Assembly (NCBI GenBank): GCA_002937775.1
Contig: PTKO01000003.1
Span: 1-50,192, forward strand
Length of the DNA: 50,192 bases
Reading direction: 5' to 3'
DNA from: Alphaproteobacteria bacterium MarineAlpha6_Bin4
GTDB taxonomy: Bacteria; Pseudomonadota; Alphaproteobacteria; GCA-002720895
Numbering within the stretch: position 1 is the first letter of the stretch; every line of letters starts with the position of its first letter. The notes beneath the pieces were generated by a model. The model was not told the DNA's origin. It saw nothing but the letters and a program-made list of their open reading frames with translations, and searched no databases. A program made the translations under genes and the position numbers. Of this stretch, positions 15,030-29,282 are shown piece by piece.

Positions 15030-18000
15030 ATGGATACTAATTTATTAGCCCGAAAACGTTTCAGAAAAAGATTTGGAAACATCCCAGAAATTTTAGATAT
15101 TCCAAACTTAATTGAAGTGCAAAAAAATTCATACGAAGAGTTTTTGCAAAGATTTGTAGAACCAAATAAAAGAGAAGATATTGGTTTGCAACAAGTTTTA
15201 AAAGAAATATTTCCAATAAATGATTATGCCGGCAAAGCAACTTTAGAATTTATTAAATATCATCTTGAAACACCTAAATATGATGTAGACGAATGTAAAC
15301 AAAGAGGTTTTACATATGCCTCATCTCTTAAGGTAACACTAAGAATATTAAGATATGAAATAGATGAAGAAAATCCTGATGAAAGATCATTTAGAGATTC
15401 AGTTGACGATGAAGTTTATTTAGGCGACATACCTTTAATGACAGACAGAGGAACGTTTGTATTTAATGGAATTGAAAGAGTAGTAGTTTCACAAATGCAC
15501 AGATCTCCTGGTGTTTTTTTTGATCATGATAATGGAAAAGGTCATCCATCAGGAAAGTTATTGTACTCAGCTAGAATTATACCTATGAGAGGGTCATGGA
15601 TTGATTTTGAATTTGATGTTAAAGACATAATGTATGTTAGAATTGATAGAAAAAAAAAGATGTTAGCCAGCACTTTTTTTATGGCGTTAGAAAAGGAACA
15701 AGATAATAAAGAAAAAAAAGCAAAACCTCAAAGCAGAAGTCCTCAAGATATTCTTAATTATTTTTATTCTAGCATAGAACTTTCTGTTACAGAAAAAGGC
15801 TGGACGACTTCTTTTGATGAAACTTTTTTTAAAGGTAAAAGAATAACCTTTGATTTAGTTGATTCAAAAAATAAAACAGTTAAACAAAAATCCGGTTCAA
15901 AATTATCTTTAGAAGAAGCAAAAAAATTAAAACAGGAGGGATTAAATGAACTTTTTCTAAGTGATGAAACTATAATTGGAAAATATTTAGCTGAAGATAT
16001 CATTAATGAAAAAACAGGAGAAATATTTTTTGAAGCTGGTGACGAAATAACTGAAAAAGATTTATCTAGTTTAAAAGAAAAAAATATAAAAATAATAAAG
16101 ATTTTAGATATTGACCATGTAAATATTGGCGCTGCCCTAAGAAATACAGTACATACAGATTTAAATTTAAATAGAGAAGAATCTTTAATAGATATATACA
16201 AAAATTTAAGACCGGGAGAACCTCCAACTTTACAAGCTGCAGAAAATCTTTTTCAAAATTATTTTTTTAATGCTGAAAAATATGATTTATCAAAAGTTGG
16301 AAGATATAAATTAAATAGTAGATCAGAATTAAATATTAATGAAGACAGCAATATACTTACCCCTAATGATATATTAGAAATTGCAAAACATCTTTTATTC
16401 TTGAATGATACAAAAGGTAAAAAAGATGATATAGATCATCTAGGTAATAGAAGAGTAAGATCTGTCGGAGAACTAATAGAAAATCAGTATAGAATTGGAT
16501 TGGTTAGAATGGAAAGAGCTATTAAAGAAAGAATGTCTTCAATTGATATTTTTACTGCAACGGCCCAAGACCTTATTAATTCAAAACCTGCAGTTTCAAT
16601 ACTTAGAGAATTTTTTGGGACTTCACAATTGTCACAATTTATGGATCAAACAAATCCATTATCAGAAATAACACACAAAAGAAGGGTTTCTTCTCTAGGA
16701 CCTGGAGGATTAACGAGAGAAAGAGCAGGCTTTGAAGTTAGAGATGTTCATCCAACACACTATGGCAGAATATGTCCTGTTGAAACGCCTGAAGGGCCAA
16801 ATATTGGATTAATTAATTCCTTAGCAACATATTCTAAAATAAATAACTATGGACTGATTGAGAGTCCTTATAGAAAAGTGGAAAACCAAAAAGTTACTGA
16901 AGAAATAGTTTTTTTAGCCGCTGATGAAGAACAAAAATTTACAATTGCTCAAGCTAATACGAGAATTGATGAAAATGGTAAAATAGTTGATCAACTAGTA
17001 AGTGCGAGACAAGGAGGGGAATTTTTAATTGCAAATCCATCAAAGATTGATTTTATGGATGTTTCTCCAAAACAGTTAGTTTCTGTAGCTAGTGCTTTAA
17101 TACCATTTCTAGAAAATGACGACGCTAATAGAGCTTTGATGGGTTCTAATATGATGAGACAAGCTGTTCCATTATTAAGACCTGATGCGCCTTTTGTTGG
17201 AACAGGAATGGAAGAATCTGTTGGTAAAGATTCAGGAGTAACTGTTGTCGCAAAAAGAGGAGGAAATGTTAATAGTGTAGATTCCGGTAGAATAGTTGTA
17301 AGCGCTACCAATCCATCACAAAACCAATCTGGTGTTGATATATATAATTTAAAAAAATTTCAGAGATCAAACCAAAGCACATGTATTAATCAAGTTCCAT
17401 TAGTTAAGAAAGGTGATTTAATTAAAGCTGGGGAAATTATAGCAGATGGTCCTGCTACTTCTAAAGGAGAACTTGCTTTGGGTAAGAATATTTTAGTAGC
17501 TTTCATGCCTTGGCAAGGTTACAACTTTGAAGACGCAATAATTATGTCAGAGCAAGTAGTAAGAGGAGATAAGTTTACCTCTGTTCATATTGAAGAACAT
17601 GAAATAATGGCTAGAGATACAAAGCTGGGGCAAGAAGAAATAACAAGAGATATTCCAAATGTTGGCGATGAAGCATTAAAAAATCTTGATGAAGCAGGCA
17701 TTATATATATAGGAGCAGAAGTAAAAGCAGGAGATATTCTTGTAGGAAAAATTACTCCAAAAGCGCATTCAACTGTTTCCCCTGAAGAAAAACTTTTAAG
17801 ATCCATTTTTGGTGAAAAATCAACTGATGTTAGTGACACATCTTTAAGAGTTCCTCCTGGAGAATCTGGAACAGTTGTTGAGGTAAGAGTTTTTAATAGA
17901 AGAGGAGTTGAGAAAGACGAAAGATCACTAGCAATTGAAAGATCAGAAATAGAAATACTTGCTAAAGATAGAGACGATGAGAGAACGATTTTAGAGGAAT

Positions 18001-19160
18001 CATTTTCACAGATTTTGGAAAAACAATTAGTTGATAATATGATACTAAAAGGTGTTAAAAATTTAAAAAAAAATCAAAAAATTACATCTAATGATATTAA
18101 AGATTTACCAGTAAAAGATCTAAGAAAAATTATTTTAAAGGATAAAAAACAACAAGATGTTATCCAAAATTTAAATAAAAATTTTGATAATGATTTAAAA
18201 GATTTAGAAAATAGATTTCAAGAAAAAGTTGAAAAATTACAATTAGGAGATGAACTTCCACCAGGTGTTATGAGAAAAGCGGTTGTTTATGTGGCAGTTA
18301 AGAGAAAATTACAGGCTGGTGATAAAATGGCAGGACGCCATGGTAATAAAGGCTGTATTTCTAAAATTGTTCCAGTAGAAGACATGCCGCATTTAGAAGA
18401 TGGCAGACCAATAGATATTTTGTTAAATCCTTTAGGAGTGCCGTCCAGAATGAATGTTGGCCAAATACTTGAAACACATTTAGGCTGGGCTTGTGCTGGT
18501 TTAGGCAAAAAGATTAGTGGATTAATTAATGCTTATCTAAAAAATAATGAAAAAAAAGAACTAGAAGAAAATTTAGCTAATTTATATGAAGCAAAAAATG
18601 TTGAAAAAATTATTAATAATAAAAAAGAATTAATAGATTACCAAGCGGAGATAAAGAATGGAATATCTATATCCACCCCGGTTTTTGATGGCGCAAAAGA
18701 AAGTGACATAAATAATTTTTTTGAGAAATCAAATTTAAGTACATCTGGACAAGTAAAACTACAAGATGGAAGAACAGGAGAACACTTTGATAGAGAAATA
18801 ACTGTTGGATATATATATATGTTAAAATTACATCATTTAGCTGATGAAAAACTACACGCAAGATCTATTGGTCCTTATAGTCTTGTTACTCAACAACCTT
18901 TAGGTGGAAAAGCGCAATTTGGCGGTCAAAGAGTAGGCGAAATGGAAGTTTGGGCGTTGGAAGCTTACGGGGCGTCTTATTGTTTGCAAGAAATGTTGAC
19001 TGTAAAATCTGACGATGTTGCTGGAAGAACAAAAGTTTACGAAGCTATTGTAAGAGGTCAAAGTGATTTTCAGTCTGGAATACCAGAATCTTTTAATGTT
19101 TTAGTCAAAGAACTAAGATCTTTGGCTTTAGATGTACAATTAAAAAATGCAGAGGTTTAA
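15030..19160 (+). CDS. rpoB: RNA polymerase subunit beta
   Basis: [27 protein letters not shown] and [12 protein letters not shown]. Confidence 0.99.
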   Translation: MDTNLLARKRFRKRFGNIPEILDIPNLIEVQKNSYEEFLQRFVEPNKREDIGLQQVLKEIFPINDYAGKATLEFIKYHLETPKYDVDECKQRGFTYASSLKVTLRILRYEIDEENPDERSFRDSVDDEVYLGDIPLMTDRGTFVFNGIERVVVSQMHRSPGVFFDHDNGKGHPSGKLLYSARIIPMRGSWIDFEFDVKDIMYVRIDRKKKMLASTFFMALEKEQDNKEKKAKPQSRSPQDILNYFYSSIELSVTEKGWTTSFDETFFKGKRITFDLVDSKNKTVKQKSGSKLSLEEAKKLKQEGLNELFLSDETIIGKYLAEDIINEKTGEIFFEAGDEITEKDLSSLKEKNIKIIKILDIDHVNIGAALRNTVHTDLNLNREESLIDIYKNLRPGEPPTLQAAENLFQNYFFNAEKYDLSKVGRYKLNSRSELNINEDSNILTPNDILEIAKHLLFLNDTKGKKDDIDHLGNRRVRSVGELIENQYRIGLVRMERAIKERMSSIDIFTATAQDLINSKPAVSILREFFGTSQLSQFMDQTNPLSEITHKRRVSSLGPGGLTRERAGFEVRDVHPTHYGRICPVETPEGPNIGLINSLATYSKINNYGLIESPYRKVENQKVTEEIVFLAADEEQKFTIAQANTRIDENGKIVDQLVSARQGGEFLIANPSKIDFMDVSPKQLVSVASALIPFLENDDANRALMGSNMMRQAVPLLRPDAPFVGTGMEESVGKDSGVTVVAKRGGNVNSVDSGRIVVSATNPSQNQSGVDIYNLKKFQRSNQSTCINQVPLVKKGDLIKAGEIIADGPATSKGELALGKNILVAFMPWQGYNFEDAIIMSEQVVRGDKFTSVHIEEHEIMARDTKLGQEEITRDIPNVGDEALKNLDEAGIIYIGAEVKAGDILVGKITPKAHSTVSPEEKLLRSIFGEKSTDVSDTSLRVPPGESGTVVEVRVFNRRGVEKDERSLAIERSEIEILAKDRDDERTILEESFSQILEKQLVDNMILKGVKNLKKNQKITSNDIKDLPVKDLRKIILKDKKQQDVIQNLNKNFDNDLKDLENRFQEKVEKLQLGDELPPGVMRKAVVYVAVKRKLQAGDKMAGRHGNKGCISKIVPVEDMPHLEDGRPIDILLNPLGVPSRMNVGQILETHLGWACAGLGKKISGLINAYLKNNEKKELEENLANLYEAKNVEKIINNKKELIDYQAEIKNGISISTPVFDGAKESDINNFFEKSNLSTSGQVKLQDGRTGEHFDREITVGYIYMLKLHHLADEKLHARSIGPYSLVTQQPLGGKAQFGGQRVGEMEVWALEAYGASYCLQEMLTVKSDDVAGRTKVYEAIVRGQSDFQSGIPESFNVLVKELRSLALDVQLKNAEV

Positions 19161-19166
19161 ATTGTT

Positions 19167-22100
19167 ATGAGTTTATTTAAAAAAAGTTTTGAAACTTCTA
19201 AAAGGTCTTCAGCAGAAGTAACTGAATTCGACAGTATTGGTATTTCTATTTCAAGTCCAGATAAAATTAGATCTTGGTCATTTGGAGAGATTAGAAAACC
19301 AGAAACAATAAATTATAGAACTTTTAAACCTGAAAAAGACGGGCTTTTTTGTGGAAGAGTTTTTGGTCCAACAAAAGATTACGAATGTATTTGTGGAAAA
19401 TACAAAGGGATGAAATACAAAGGTATAATTTGTGAAAAATGTGGTACCGAAGTTACTTTATCAAAAGTAAGAAGAGAAAGAATGGCCCATATTGAACTTG
19501 CGTCTCCGGTTGCACATATTTGGTTTTTCAAATCACTCCCAAGTAGAATAGGAACTTTGTTAGATATAACACTGAAATCTTTAGAAAAGATTTTGTATTT
19601 TGAGGAATATATCGTCATTGAACCTGGTTTAACAGATATAAAAAAGAATGAGTTAATAACTGAAGAAAAGTACCAAGAATTAATAGAAAAATACGGAGAA
19701 GGTAAATTTGAAGTTGGTATTGGAGCTGAAATTATAAAAAAAATGTTAAGTAATTTAAAAATTGATAAAGAGATGAAAGAAGTTCAGGTTAATATTGAAT
19801 CAACAAAATCTGATATAACAAAATTAAAGCTTCTAAAAAGATTGCAATTATTAAATGCTTTCCATAAGTCAAAAGTAAAAGCTGACTGGATGATTTTAGA
19901 GGTGCTTCCAGTAATTCCACCTGATCTTAGGCCACTAGTTCCCTTAGATGGTGGACGCTTTGCTACCTCAGATTTAAATGACTTGTATAGAAGAGTTTTA
20001 AATAGAAATAACAGATTAAGAAGACTAATTGAATTAAATGCACCTGATATAATAATAAAAAATGAAAAAAGAATGTTACAAGAAGCTGTAGACGCGCTTT
20101 TTGATAATGGAAGAAGAGGAAGGGCTATTTTAGGATCAAATAAAAGACCTCTAAAATCTTTATCTGAAATGTTGAAAGGAAAGCAAGGTAGATTTAGACA
20201 AAATTTACTTGGAAAAAGAGTCGATTATTCAGGAAGATCAGTTATTGTGCCAGGGCCTCATTTATTATTACATCAGTGCGGAATACCAAAAAAAATGGCC
20301 ATAGAACTTTTTAAACCATTTATTTATTCTAAACTAGAGCAGTATGGTTTATCTAATACAATAAAAACAGCTAAAAAATTAGTAGAAAAAGAAAGACCTG
20401 AAGTTTGGGATGTTTTAGAAGAAGTTATTAAAGAGCATCCAGTTTTGCTAAATCGTGCACCAACTCTACATAGATTAGGAATTCAAGCTTTTGAACCCAT
20501 GCTAATTGAAGGTAAGGCAATTCAATTACATCCACTTGTTTGTACAGCATTTAATGCGGACTTTGATGGTGACCAAATGGCTGTGCATGTACCGCTTTCT
20601 CTAGAAGCTCAATTAGAAGCTCGCGTACTAATTATGTCAACAAATAATATTTTAAGTCCTTCTAGTGGCAAGCCTATAATTGTGCCAACACAAGATATGG
20701 TTCTAGGGATTTACTATTTAAGTTTAATGTTTGAAAATGATATTGGTACAGGGATGGCTTTTGTCGATGTAGCTGAAGTAGAACACGCTTTATTAGCTAA
20801 AAAAATTACATTACATTCAAAAATAAAATGTAGGTATAAATTTATTAACGATGATAAAAAAGAAGAAACATCAGTAGCTGAAACAACCGCAGGGAGAATG
20901 TTGATTTATGAAATTTTACCAAAGCATGAAAAAATAAAACTATCATTAATAAATAAAATTTTAACAAAAAAAGAAGTTAGTAATGTTATAGACACTATTT
21001 ACAGACATTGCGGTCAAACTGAAACTGTAAAATTTTGTGACAAAATTATGGTTTTAGGTTTTGAACATGCATGCAGAGCAGGAATTTCTTTTGGAAAAGA
21101 TGATCTAATTATACCAAAAGAAAAGGAACAATTTGTCGGCGAAGCTGAAAAAGATATTAAAAACTATGATCAACAATATTTAAACGGAATTATTACAAAA
21201 AAAGAAAAATACAACAAAACCATTGATACTTGGTCGCAATGCACGGACTCTGTTGCAACAGCTATGACGGATGAAATTGAAAAAACAAGGAACACAAATA
21301 AAATTAATTCAGTTTTTATGATGTCAGACTCTGGTGCTAGAGGATCAGCCGCGCAATTGAAACAATTGTCTGGTATGAGAGGTTTGATGGCAAAGCCAAC
21401 AGGTGAAATTATTGAAACACCAATTACATCAAACTTTAAAGAAGGATTAACAGTGCTTGAGTACTTTAATTCTACTCACGGAGCAAGAAAAGGTCTGGCT
21501 GATACAGCTTTAAAAACTGCTAATTCAGGATATTTAACAAGAAGATTGGTGGATTCATCTCAAGATGTTGTTGTTGTGGAAGAAGACTGCAAAACAGAAC
21601 TCAACATAGAAGTTTCTGCTGTAATTAGAAACGGTTCAATTATTGCATCTTTAGGAGAAAGAATTCTTGGGAGAACAATAGCTGAAGATTTATTTTCAGT
21701 TGAAAAAAATAGTAAAAAAAAGATTTTATCTAAAGGAGATCTTTTGGATGAAAAATCTTTAAAACTAATTCATGAAGCAAATATAGAAACGGTTAAAGTA
21801 AGGTCCCCATTATTCTGTGAAACAATAGATGGTATTTGCCAAAAATGTTATGGAAGAGATCTGGCTAGAGGAATAGTAGTTAACATGGGAGAAGCTGTAG
21901 GTATACAAGCAGCGCAATCTATAGGGGAACCAGGAACACAGTTAACTATGAGAACTTTTCATATAGGTGGTGCAGCTACCCAAGCTACAGTACAATCAAA
22001 TATTGTTTCTAATTACAATGCAAAAATTAAATTGGTAAATAACGTTACTGTTAAAAATAGTGAAGGGCAATTAATAGTAATGAGTAGAAATTGTAAGGTA

Positions 22101-23354
22101 AACTTTCTTGATGCAAAAACAAATAAAGAAAAATCTTCTAATTTTATCCCATACGGCGCTAAGCTATTTATCGCGGATGGGAAAAGTGTAAAACCAGAAG
22201 ATGTTGTTGCTACATGGGATCCATATACCATACCTATAATTTCAGAAAAAAATGGAATTGTAGATTACGAAGATATTCTTGATGGTTTTTCATCAAGAGA
22301 AACCGTAGACGCATCTACAGGAATTTCTCATAGGTCTATAATTGATTGGAAACTGAATCCAAAGAGTAAAGACTTAAAACCACAAATTAAATTAATTGAT
22401 AATAAAGGAAATACTGTAAAAACAACAAAAAATAAAGAAGCTAGATATTATTTGCCTATAGAGGCTGTTTTGAGCGTACCAAACGGAACAACTATTTCTG
22501 CTGGAACAGTAATAGCAAGAATTCCAAGAGAAACATCAAAATCTAAAGATATTACCGGTGGACTTCCAAGGGTAGCGGATTTATTTGAAGCAAGAAAACC
22601 AAAAGATCATGGAATACTTAATGCTTTTGATGGAACTGTTAAATGGGGAAAAGACTATAAAGCAAAAAGAGCAATTGTTGTCGAACCAATTGATAAAAAG
22701 AAGGAAGAAAAAATATATTTTGTCCCTAAGGGAAGACATGTGAATGTTAATGAAGGAGATGTAATAAATAAAGGAGATTTGATTGTAGATGGGCAACCGA
22801 CTCCTCATGATATTTTAGAAGTTTTGGGGAATGTTGCTTTTGCAAATTTTATGATTAATGAAATACAAGATGTTTATAGATTGCAGGGAGTACAGCTTAA
22901 TGATAAACACATTGAAGTAATATTAAGACAAATGCTTAAAAATGTAAGCATTACCGAGTCTGGAGACTCAACTTTTTTACCAGGCGAAACTGTTTTTAGA
23001 GATGTATTTGAAGAAACAAATAAAAAATTAAAAAAAGATGGTAAAAAGATAGCAAAAGGAAAAATCATGCTTCAAGGAATAACTAAAGCATCGCTCCAAA
23101 CAAAATCTTTTATTTCAGCAGCTTCATTTCAAGAAACTACTAGAGTTTTAACTGATGCATCGGTAAAAAATAAAATTGATAGATTGAAAGGTCTTAAAGA
23201 AAACGTTATTGTTGGTAGGCTAATACCTGCAGGAACAGGAAATAAAGTAAAACAATACAAAAAGACTGCTGTTGAAAAAGATAAGGAAATTCTTGCTATA
23301 GTAGAGAAAAAGTCATTAAAAAAGCCTAAAATTACTGAAAAAAAAGCTAATTAA
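19167..23354 (+). CDS. rpoC: RNA polymerase subunit beta'
   Basis: NADFDGDQM catalytic motif and zinc-binding cysteines. Confidence 0.99.
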   Translation: MSLFKKSFETSKRSSAEVTEFDSIGISISSPDKIRSWSFGEIRKPETINYRTFKPEKDGLFCGRVFGPTKDYECICGKYKGMKYKGIICEKCGTEVTLSKVRRERMAHIELASPVAHIWFFKSLPSRIGTLLDITLKSLEKILYFEEYIVIEPGLTDIKKNELITEEKYQELIEKYGEGKFEVGIGAEIIKKMLSNLKIDKEMKEVQVNIESTKSDITKLKLLKRLQLLNAFHKSKVKADWMILEVLPVIPPDLRPLVPLDGGRFATSDLNDLYRRVLNRNNRLRRLIELNAPDIIIKNEKRMLQEAVDALFDNGRRGRAILGSNKRPLKSLSEMLKGKQGRFRQNLLGKRVDYSGRSVIVPGPHLLLHQCGIPKKMAIELFKPFIYSKLEQYGLSNTIKTAKKLVEKERPEVWDVLEEVIKEHPVLLNRAPTLHRLGIQAFEPMLIEGKAIQLHPLVCTAFNADFDGDQMAVHVPLSLEAQLEARVLIMSTNNILSPSSGKPIIVPTQDMVLGIYYLSLMFENDIGTGMAFVDVAEVEHALLAKKITLHSKIKCRYKFINDDKKEETSVAETTAGRMLIYEILPKHEKIKLSLINKILTKKEVSNVIDTIYRHCGQTETVKFCDKIMVLGFEHACRAGISFGKDDLIIPKEKEQFVGEAEKDIKNYDQQYLNGIITKKEKYNKTIDTWSQCTDSVATAMTDEIEKTRNTNKINSVFMMSDSGARGSAAQLKQLSGMRGLMAKPTGEIIETPITSNFKEGLTVLEYFNSTHGARKGLADTALKTANSGYLTRRLVDSSQDVVVVEEDCKTELNIEVSAVIRNGSIIASLGERILGRTIAEDLFSVEKNSKKKILSKGDLLDEKSLKLIHEANIETVKVRSPLFCETIDGICQKCYGRDLARGIVVNMGEAVGIQAAQSIGEPGTQLTMRTFHIGGAATQATVQSNIVSNYNAKIKLVNNVTVKNSEGQLIVMSRNCKVNFLDAKTNKEKSSNFIPYGAKLFIADGKSVKPEDVVATWDPYTIPIISEKNGIVDYEDILDGFSSRETVDASTGISHRSIIDWKLNPKSKDLKPQIKLIDNKGNTVKTTKNKEARYYLPIEAVLSVPNGTTISAGTVIARIPRETSKSKDITGGLPRVADLFEARKPKDHGILNAFDGTVKWGKDYKAKRAIVVEPIDKKKEEKIYFVPKGRHVNVNEGDVINKGDLIVDGQPTPHDILEVLGNVAFANFMINEIQDVYRLQGVQLNDKHIEVILRQMLKNVSITESGDSTFLPGETVFRDVFEETNKKLKKDGKKIAKGKIMLQGITKASLQTKSFISAASFQETTRVLTDASVKNKIDRLKGLKENVIVGRLIPAGTGNKVKQYKKTAVEKDKEILAIVEKKSLKKPKITEKKAN

Positions 23355-23381
23355 AATTAATTAATTATTGTTTTTTTTTAG

Positions 23382-23409
23382 TTGATTACATAAGTTAAAT
23401 ACATATTAT
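23382..23409 (+). promoter_or_regulatory. Candidate sigma70 promoter for rpsL
   Basis: TTGATT-N16-TATTAT in the rpoC-rpsL gap; the AT-rich background weakens this call. Confidence 0.4.
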
Positions 23410-23447
23410 CTCCACACAGGATTTATTAATTATTAATTTTTAAAAAA

Positions 23448-23819
23448 ATGCCGACTATAAGTCAATTAGTTAGAAAAGGGAGAAAAAAGATAATGTCTAG
23501 GAATAAAGTTCCAGCATTAAAAAGATCTCCACAAAAAAAAGGTGTTTGTACAAGAGTTTATACAACCACTCCCAAAAAACCTAATTCAGCATTAAGAAAA
23601 GTAGCTAGAGTAAAATTAAGCAACGGATTTGAAGTTACCAGCTATATTCCTGGTGAAGGTCATAATTTACAAGAGCATTCAGTTGTTATGATTAGAGGTG
23701 GAAGAGTCAAGGATTTACCTGGTGTCAGATATCATATTTTAAGAGGCAATGCTGATACCGAAGGTGTTGGAGATAGAAAGCAAAGAAGATCTCTTTATGG
23801 TACAAAAAAGCCAAAATAA
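23448..23819 (+). CDS. rpsL: 30S ribosomal protein S12
   Basis: [11 protein letters not shown] and GRVKDLPGV. Confidence 0.99.
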   Translation: MPTISQLVRKGRKKIMSRNKVPALKRSPQKKGVCTRVYTTTPKKPNSALRKVARVKLSNGFEVTSYIPGEGHNLQEHSVVMIRGGRVKDLPGVRYHILRGNADTEGVGDRKQRRSLYGTKKPK

Positions 23820-23833
23820 TTTAAATAAATATT

Positions 23834-24304
23834 ATGTCTAGAAGAAAGAAAATAAATAAAAGAGATTTAGAATTAGACCCAAAGTATAAAGACTCAACTA
23901 TCTCAAAGTTTGTTAACATAATAATGCTTGATGGAAAAAAGACTAAAGCAGAAAAGATTTTATACACTATTTTAAATAAAATTTCGCAAGAAAAAAAAAC
24001 TGATGCTATAAAATTTTTCCATGATGTGCTGAATAATGTAAAACCAAGAGTAGAGGTTAGATCTAGAAGAGTCGGCGGTGCAACATATCAAGTTCCAATG
24101 GAAGTTAAGGTGGATAGATCTCAAGCTTTGGCAATAAGATGGATAATAGACGCAGCAAGAAAAAGAGGTGGAAAAAACATGGAAATGAAATTATATCAAG
24201 AATTCTTAGATGCTCATCAAAATAAAGGGGGAGCTGTTAAAAAAAGAGAGGACACTCATAAAATGGCGGATGCCAATAAAGCTTTTGCTCATTTTAGATG
24301 GTAA
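23834..24304 (+). CDS. rpsG: 30S ribosomal protein S7
   Basis: SRRVGGATYQVP and ANKAFAHFRW. Confidence 0.99.
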   Translation: MSRRKKINKRDLELDPKYKDSTISKFVNIIMLDGKKTKAEKILYTILNKISQEKKTDAIKFFHDVLNNVKPRVEVRSRRVGGATYQVPMEVKVDRSQALAIRWIIDAARKRGGKNMEMKLYQEFLDAHQNKGGAVKKREDTHKMADANKAFAHFRW

Positions 24305-24315
24305 TAATTTAACTT

Positions 24316-26421
24316 ATGGCTAGAACAACAGAAATAAATAAATATAGAAACATTGGTATATGTGCTCATATCGACGCTGGTAAAACTACAACCACGGAAA
24401 GAATTTTATATTATACTGGAAAGTCACATAAAATTGGAGAAGTCCATGATGGTAACGCAACCATGGATTGGATGGAACAAGAACAGGAAAGAGGTATAAC
24501 AATTACTTCGGCAGCAACAACTTGTTATTGGAATGATCATAGAATTAATATTATCGACACACCTGGACATGTAGATTTTACTATTGAAGTTGAAAGATCA
24601 CTTAAAGTTTTAGATGGTGCAGTTTGTTGTTTTGATGGAGTTGCAGGTGTAGAACCGCAATCAGAAACAGTCTGGCGACAAGCTGATAGATATAAAGTAC
24701 CAAGGCTTTGCTTCGTAAATAAAATGGATCGTATGGGCGCAGATTTTGATAAATGTGTTGAAATGTTTAAAGATAGACTAAATGTAAAACCAGCTGTAAC
24801 ACAATTACCAATAGGTTCAGAGGAAAATTTTAAAGGAGTTATAGACTTAGTTAAAAATAAGGCTATTACTTGGAAAGAAGAAAAGCTTGGAGCAGAGTTT
24901 GAAATAGTTGATATACCTGAAGAATTTAAAGAAAAATCTGAAAAAGCCCGTAACGAATTAATTGAATTAGTTGTAGAACAAGACAATGAAATTATGGAAA
25001 AATATTTAAATGGAGATATTCCTACGGAAGATGAAATAAAAAAATGCATAAGAAAAGGAACAGTAGCTTTTAGTTTCGTTCCAGTATTATGCGGTAGTGC
25101 ATTTAAAAATAAAGGAGTACAACCATTGCTTGATGCAGTTGTGGATTATTTACCAGCTCCTAACGAAGTATTACCAGCTAAAGGAGTTGATCCAAAAGAT
25201 GAAAAGGAAGAGATTTCAAGACAATCTAATGACGATGAACCATTTTCTGCTATTGCATTTAAAATTGCCACTGATGAATTTGTTGGAACTTTGACATTTT
25301 GTCGTATATATTCTGGAAAAATTAATCAAGGCGATAACATATTACTGTCAGTTAAAGGAAAGACACAAAGATTAGGAAGAATGTTATTAATGCACAGTAA
25401 TAACAGAGAGGATATTAGTGAAGCATATGCTGGAGATATAGTTGCTATAACTGGTTTAAAAGGTGCAACAACAGGAGAGACTATCTGTGATCCAAATAAT
25501 CCAATTGTTTTAGAAAAAATGGATTTTCCTGATCCTGTAATTGAAGTTGCGGTCGAACCAAAGACAAAAGGAGACCAAGACAAAATGGGAGAAGCACTTG
25601 TCAAGTTAGCTGCGGAAGATCCTTCTTTTAGAGTCACTCAGGATGAAGAAAGTGGACAAACTATTATTAAGGGAATGGGAGAGCTTCATTTAGATATTAT
25701 TGTTGACAGAATGAAAAGAGAATTTAAAGTCGAAGCAAATGTTGGTGCGCCACAAGTTGCTTATAGAGAAACTATAAATCAAACCGGCGAAGTAGATCAT
25801 ACTTTAAAAAAACAATCTGGTGGTGCAGGTCAATATGCAAGAGTAAAAATTGTTTTTGAAAAAGGTGAATCAGGTAGCGGTTTTGTTTTTGAAGATACTA
25901 TTAAAGGTGGAGCAATTCCAAAGGAATATATACCTGGTGTTGAGAAAGGTTTAACATTAGCTAATGAAACCGGCATTCTTGCAGGATATCCTGTCATTGA
26001 TTATAAAGCTATACTAGTTGATGGCGACTTTCATGATGTTGATTCAAACGTAATGACATTTGAATTAGCAGCTAAAGGTGCATTTAGAGAAGGAATGGCA
26101 AAATCTAGCCCAGTATTATTAGAACCAGTAATGGATGTAGAGGTTGTTACGCCAGAAGAGTATATGGGAGATATAATTGGTGATTTAAATTCAAGAAGAG
26201 GACAGGTAGGAGCAATGGAAGATAGAAGTAATGCAAAAGTATTTAAAGCAAAGGTTCCACTAGCTAATATGTTTGGATATGTTAATAATTTACGTTCAAT
26301 GAGTCAGGGAAGAGCACAATTTACAATGCAATTTGACCACTATGCAGAAGTTCCACAAAATGTTGCGGAAGAAATAAAATCTGGTAAGACTACTAGTGCT
26401 GAAGGAGATAAAAATGGCTAA
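24316..26421 (+). CDS. fusA: Elongation factor G
   Basis: [17 protein letters not shown] and GMGELHL. Confidence 0.99.
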   Translation: MARTTEINKYRNIGICAHIDAGKTTTTERILYYTGKSHKIGEVHDGNATMDWMEQEQERGITITSAATTCYWNDHRINIIDTPGHVDFTIEVERSLKVLDGAVCCFDGVAGVEPQSETVWRQADRYKVPRLCFVNKMDRMGADFDKCVEMFKDRLNVKPAVTQLPIGSEENFKGVIDLVKNKAITWKEEKLGAEFEIVDIPEEFKEKSEKARNELIELVVEQDNEIMEKYLNGDIPTEDEIKKCIRKGTVAFSFVPVLCGSAFKNKGVQPLLDAVVDYLPAPNEVLPAKGVDPKDEKEEISRQSNDDEPFSAIAFKIATDEFVGTLTFCRIYSGKINQGDNILLSVKGKTQRLGRMLLMHSNNREDISEAYAGDIVAITGLKGATTGETICDPNNPIVLEKMDFPDPVIEVAVEPKTKGDQDKMGEALVKLAAEDPSFRVTQDEESGQTIIKGMGELHLDIIVDRMKREFKVEANVGAPQVAYRETINQTGEVDHTLKKQSGGAGQYARVKIVFEKGESGSGFVFEDTIKGGAIPKEYIPGVEKGLTLANETGILAGYPVIDYKAILVDGDFHDVDSNVMTFELAAKGAFREGMAKSSPVLLEPVMDVEVVTPEEYMGDIIGDLNSRRGQVGAMEDRSNAKVFKAKVPLANMFGYVNNLRSMSQGRAQFTMQFDHYAEVPQNVAEEIKSGKTTSAEGDKNG

Positions 26422-26722
26422 ACAAAATATAAGAATTAGACTAAAAGCATACGATCATAAATTACTTGATAAATCAACGGTAGAAATCGTTAATACAGCA
26501 AAAAAAACGGGTGCAAAAATAATAGGTCCTATACCACTACCAACAAAAAAAAATAAATATACAGTTTTAAGATCACCCCATGTAGATAAAAAATCAAGAG
26601 AGCAATTTGAAATGAGAACTCACAAACGTTTAATAGATATTGTTAACCCAACTCCACAAACAGTTGATGCTTTAATGAATCTTGATATATCATCAGGAGT
26701 AAATGTTGAGATAAAAACATAA
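26414..26722 (+). CDS. rpsJ: 30S ribosomal protein S10
   Basis: IRIRLKAYD and [13 protein letters not shown]; ATG 26414 follows GAAGGAG and overlaps the fusA stop. Confidence 0.98.
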   Translation: MAKQNIRIRLKAYDHKLLDKSTVEIVNTAKKTGAKIIGPIPLPTKKNKYTVLRSPHVDKKSREQFEMRTHKRLIDIVNPTPQTVDALMNLDISSGVNVEIKT

Positions 26723-26732
26723 TAGGTAAAAT

Positions 26733-27494
26733 ATGAGAACTGGATTAATTGCAAAAAAATTAGGTATGACAAGGTTTTTTAGAGAAGATGGTACGAATGT
26801 ACCTGTAACTTTATTAGGTATAGAAAAAAACTATGTTACAAGAATTAAAGATGATCCTTCAAAAAATTTAAAATATATACAAATAGCTTCTGGGGATATT
26901 AAAGTTAAAAAGATAAAAAAACCTATAAGAAATTATTTTTCAAAATTAAAAATAGAACCAAAAAGAAAAATTTTAGAATTTAAAACATCGAATGAACAAA
27001 ACCTAAATGTTGGTGATCAAATAGAAGCAAATTTTTTTAAAGTTGGTCAGTATGTTGATGTTATTGGAAAATCAATTGGAAAAGGTTTTGCTGGACCTAT
27101 GAAAAGACATAATTTTTCTGGCCTTAGAGCTTCACATGGGGTTTCCATATCTCATAGAAGCCACGGATCGACTGGACAATGTCAAGATCCAGGCAGAACG
27201 TTTAAAGGAAAAAAAATGGCAGGGCATATGGGTAATAATAAAGTAACAATGCATAATTTAGAAGTTGTTCAAATTATAGATGAAGATGGACTTATATTAA
27301 TAAAAGGTGCAGTACCTGGATCAAAAGGTACATTGTTAATAATTAGAGATGCAATAAAACCAAAATCATTATTAGTAAAAGTTAAAAAAGAAGAAGTTGT
27401 TGAAACGCAATCAAAAAAAGATAAATCAGATGATAACAAACCTGAAGGTGAAGAAAAAAAAGCCGAAAACAAACCTAAAGAGGATAAAAAATAG
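26733..27494 (+). CDS. rplC: 50S ribosomal protein L3 (charged C-terminal tail)
   Basis: GKGFAG, SHRSHGSTGQCQDPG and KGAVPG. Confidence 0.98.
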   Translation: MRTGLIAKKLGMTRFFREDGTNVPVTLLGIEKNYVTRIKDDPSKNLKYIQIASGDIKVKKIKKPIRNYFSKLKIEPKRKILEFKTSNEQNLNVGDQIEANFFKVGQYVDVIGKSIGKGFAGPMKRHNFSGLRASHGVSISHRSHGSTGQCQDPGRTFKGKKMAGHMGNNKVTMHNLEVVQIIDEDGLILIKGAVPGSKGTLLIIRDAIKPKSLLVKVKKEEVVETQSKKDKSDDNKPEGEEKKAENKPKEDKK

Positions 27495-27496
27495 AA

Positions 27497-28123
27497 ATGA
27501 AACACGATATAATTAATTTAGATTCAAAAAAAGTTGGAACTATTGAATTAAATAAAAATATTTTTTCTTTACCTATAAGAAAAGATATTTTAAAAGATGT
27601 TGTTGATTGGCAATTAGCTAATAGAAGACAGGGAACACATAAAGTAAAACAACGATCTGAAATTATTGGTACTACTGCCAAAGCATTTAAGCAAAAAGGA
27701 ACAGGGAGAGCAAGAAGGGGAAATCAAAAGACAAATATTTTAAGAGGTGGTGGAGTTACACATGGGCCAGTACTAAGAGAGCATAAAAAAAAATTACCAA
27801 AAAAAATAAGAAAATTAGGTCTAAAAACAGCTTTATCTTTTAAAGAAAAAGAAAAAAAAATAATAATTGTAGATAATTTTTCTATACAAAAAGTTTCTAC
27901 GAAGGAAGTATCAAAAAAATTGGAAAAGTTAAAAATTAAATCAGCTTTAATTATAGACAGCAGTGCTAATAAAAATGATAAAAGTTTAAAAAAATCTATT
28001 TTAAATATTAACAATGTTATTGTTTTGCCTGTAGTTGGCATGAATGTTTATGACATTTTAAAATTTAATAATTTAATTATTTCTAAAGACGCTTTGGATG
28101 AGGTAGAAAAAAAACTAGTATGA
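27497..28123 (+). CDS. rplD: 50S ribosomal protein L4
   Basis: [10 protein letters not shown] and RGGGVTHGP. Confidence 0.98.
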   Translation: MKHDIINLDSKKVGTIELNKNIFSLPIRKDILKDVVDWQLANRRQGTHKVKQRSEIIGTTAKAFKQKGTGRARRGNQKTNILRGGGVTHGPVLREHKKKLPKKIRKLGLKTALSFKEKEKKIIIVDNFSIQKVSTKEVSKKLEKLKIKSALIIDSSANKNDKSLKKSILNINNVIVLPVVGMNVYDILKFNNLIISKDALDEVEKKLV

Positions 28124-28452
28124 TTTTTAAAAAAAAGGAAGAAAAGAATAAAAATAAAAAAATTTCATTACATACATATGATGTAATAAAGAAGCCAGTA
28201 ATTACAGAAAAAGGTACTTTGTTATCAAGTAATTCTCAAATAGTTTTTAATGTTGCTATCGATGCTAATAAAAAACATATTAAGAATGCTGTTGAAAAAC
28301 TATTTGATGTTAATGTTAAAAAAATTAACATTATTGTCTCTAAAGGAAAAACAAAAAGATTTAAAGGAAAATTAGGAAAAAGGAAGGATTATAAAAAAGC
28401 TATAATTTCTTTAGAAAAAGGACAAAAGATTGATATAACAACTGGAATTTAA
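28120..28452 (+). CDS. rplW: 50S ribosomal protein L23
   Basis: [14 protein letters not shown] and KKAIISL. Confidence 0.97.
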   Translation: MIFKKKEEKNKNKKISLHTYDVIKKPVITEKGTLLSSNSQIVFNVAIDANKKHIKNAVEKLFDVNVKKINIIVSKGKTKRFKGKLGKRKDYKKAIISLEKGQKIDITTGI

Positions 28453-28457
28453 AAATA

Positions 28458-29279
28458 ATGAAAAATTTTAGACCATATACATCAACTAGGAGACATTCAG
28501 TTTTAGCTGAAAAAAGCCATTTATGGAAAGGTTCCTCAGAAAAATCATTAACAAAAAAACATATATCTAAAGCAGGAAGAAATAACTCTGGAAGAATAAC
28601 ATCAAGGCACAGAGGAGGCGGTCATAAAAAAAAATATAGAATTATAGATTTCAAAAGAACAAAATTCGATACACCAGCAACAGTTGTTCGTATTGAATAT
28701 GACCCAATTAGAACAGCTCACATAGCTTTAATTGAATATGAAGATAAAGATAAATCTTATATTTTAGCTGCAGAAAAGATGAAAGTAGGGGATAAAGTTC
28801 AATCAGGAGAAAAAGTAGATGTTAGAATTGGTAATTGTATGCCAATTAAAAATATACCAGTAGGTACTGTTATACATAATGTTGAAATTAAACCTGGAAA
28901 AGGCGGACAAATTGCTAGATCTGCTGGTTCATCAGTCAATTTGTTAGCTATCGATTCAGGGAAAGCAATAATTAAACTTAATTCAGGTGAGATCAAAAAT
29001 GTAAATGAAAATTGCTTTGCTACCGTTGGTACTGTTTCTAATTTAGAAAACAAAAATATTAAAATAGGAAGCGCCGGAAGAAAAAGATGGTTAGGGTTTA
29101 GACCTAAAGTTAGAGGCGTAGCCATGAACCCTATAGATCATCCACATGGAGGTGGAGAAGGTAGAACATCTGGCGGAAGACACCCGTCTACTCCATGGGG
29201 TAAACCAACAAAAGGCTATAAAACTAGAAAAAATAAAAAAACAGATAGATCAATAGTAAGATCAAGGAGAAAAAAATAG
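28458..29279 (+). CDS. rplB: 50S ribosomal protein L2
   Basis: [17 protein letters not shown]. Confidence 0.99.
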   Translation: MKNFRPYTSTRRHSVLAEKSHLWKGSSEKSLTKKHISKAGRNNSGRITSRHRGGGHKKKYRIIDFKRTKFDTPATVVRIEYDPIRTAHIALIEYEDKDKSYILAAEKMKVGDKVQSGEKVDVRIGNCMPIKNIPVGTVIHNVEIKPGKGGQIARSAGSSVNLLAIDSGKAIIKLNSGEIKNVNENCFATVGTVSNLENKNIKIGSAGRKRWLGFRPKVRGVAMNPIDHPHGGGEGRTSGGRHPSTPWGKPTKGYKTRKNKKTDRSIVRSRRKK

Positions 29280-29282
29280 ATT

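Noticed and set aside
16610-16710. Rifampicin-resistance substitutions in RpoB cluster I
   Set aside because: The key Q, D, H and S residues ([20 protein letters not shown]) are wild-type.
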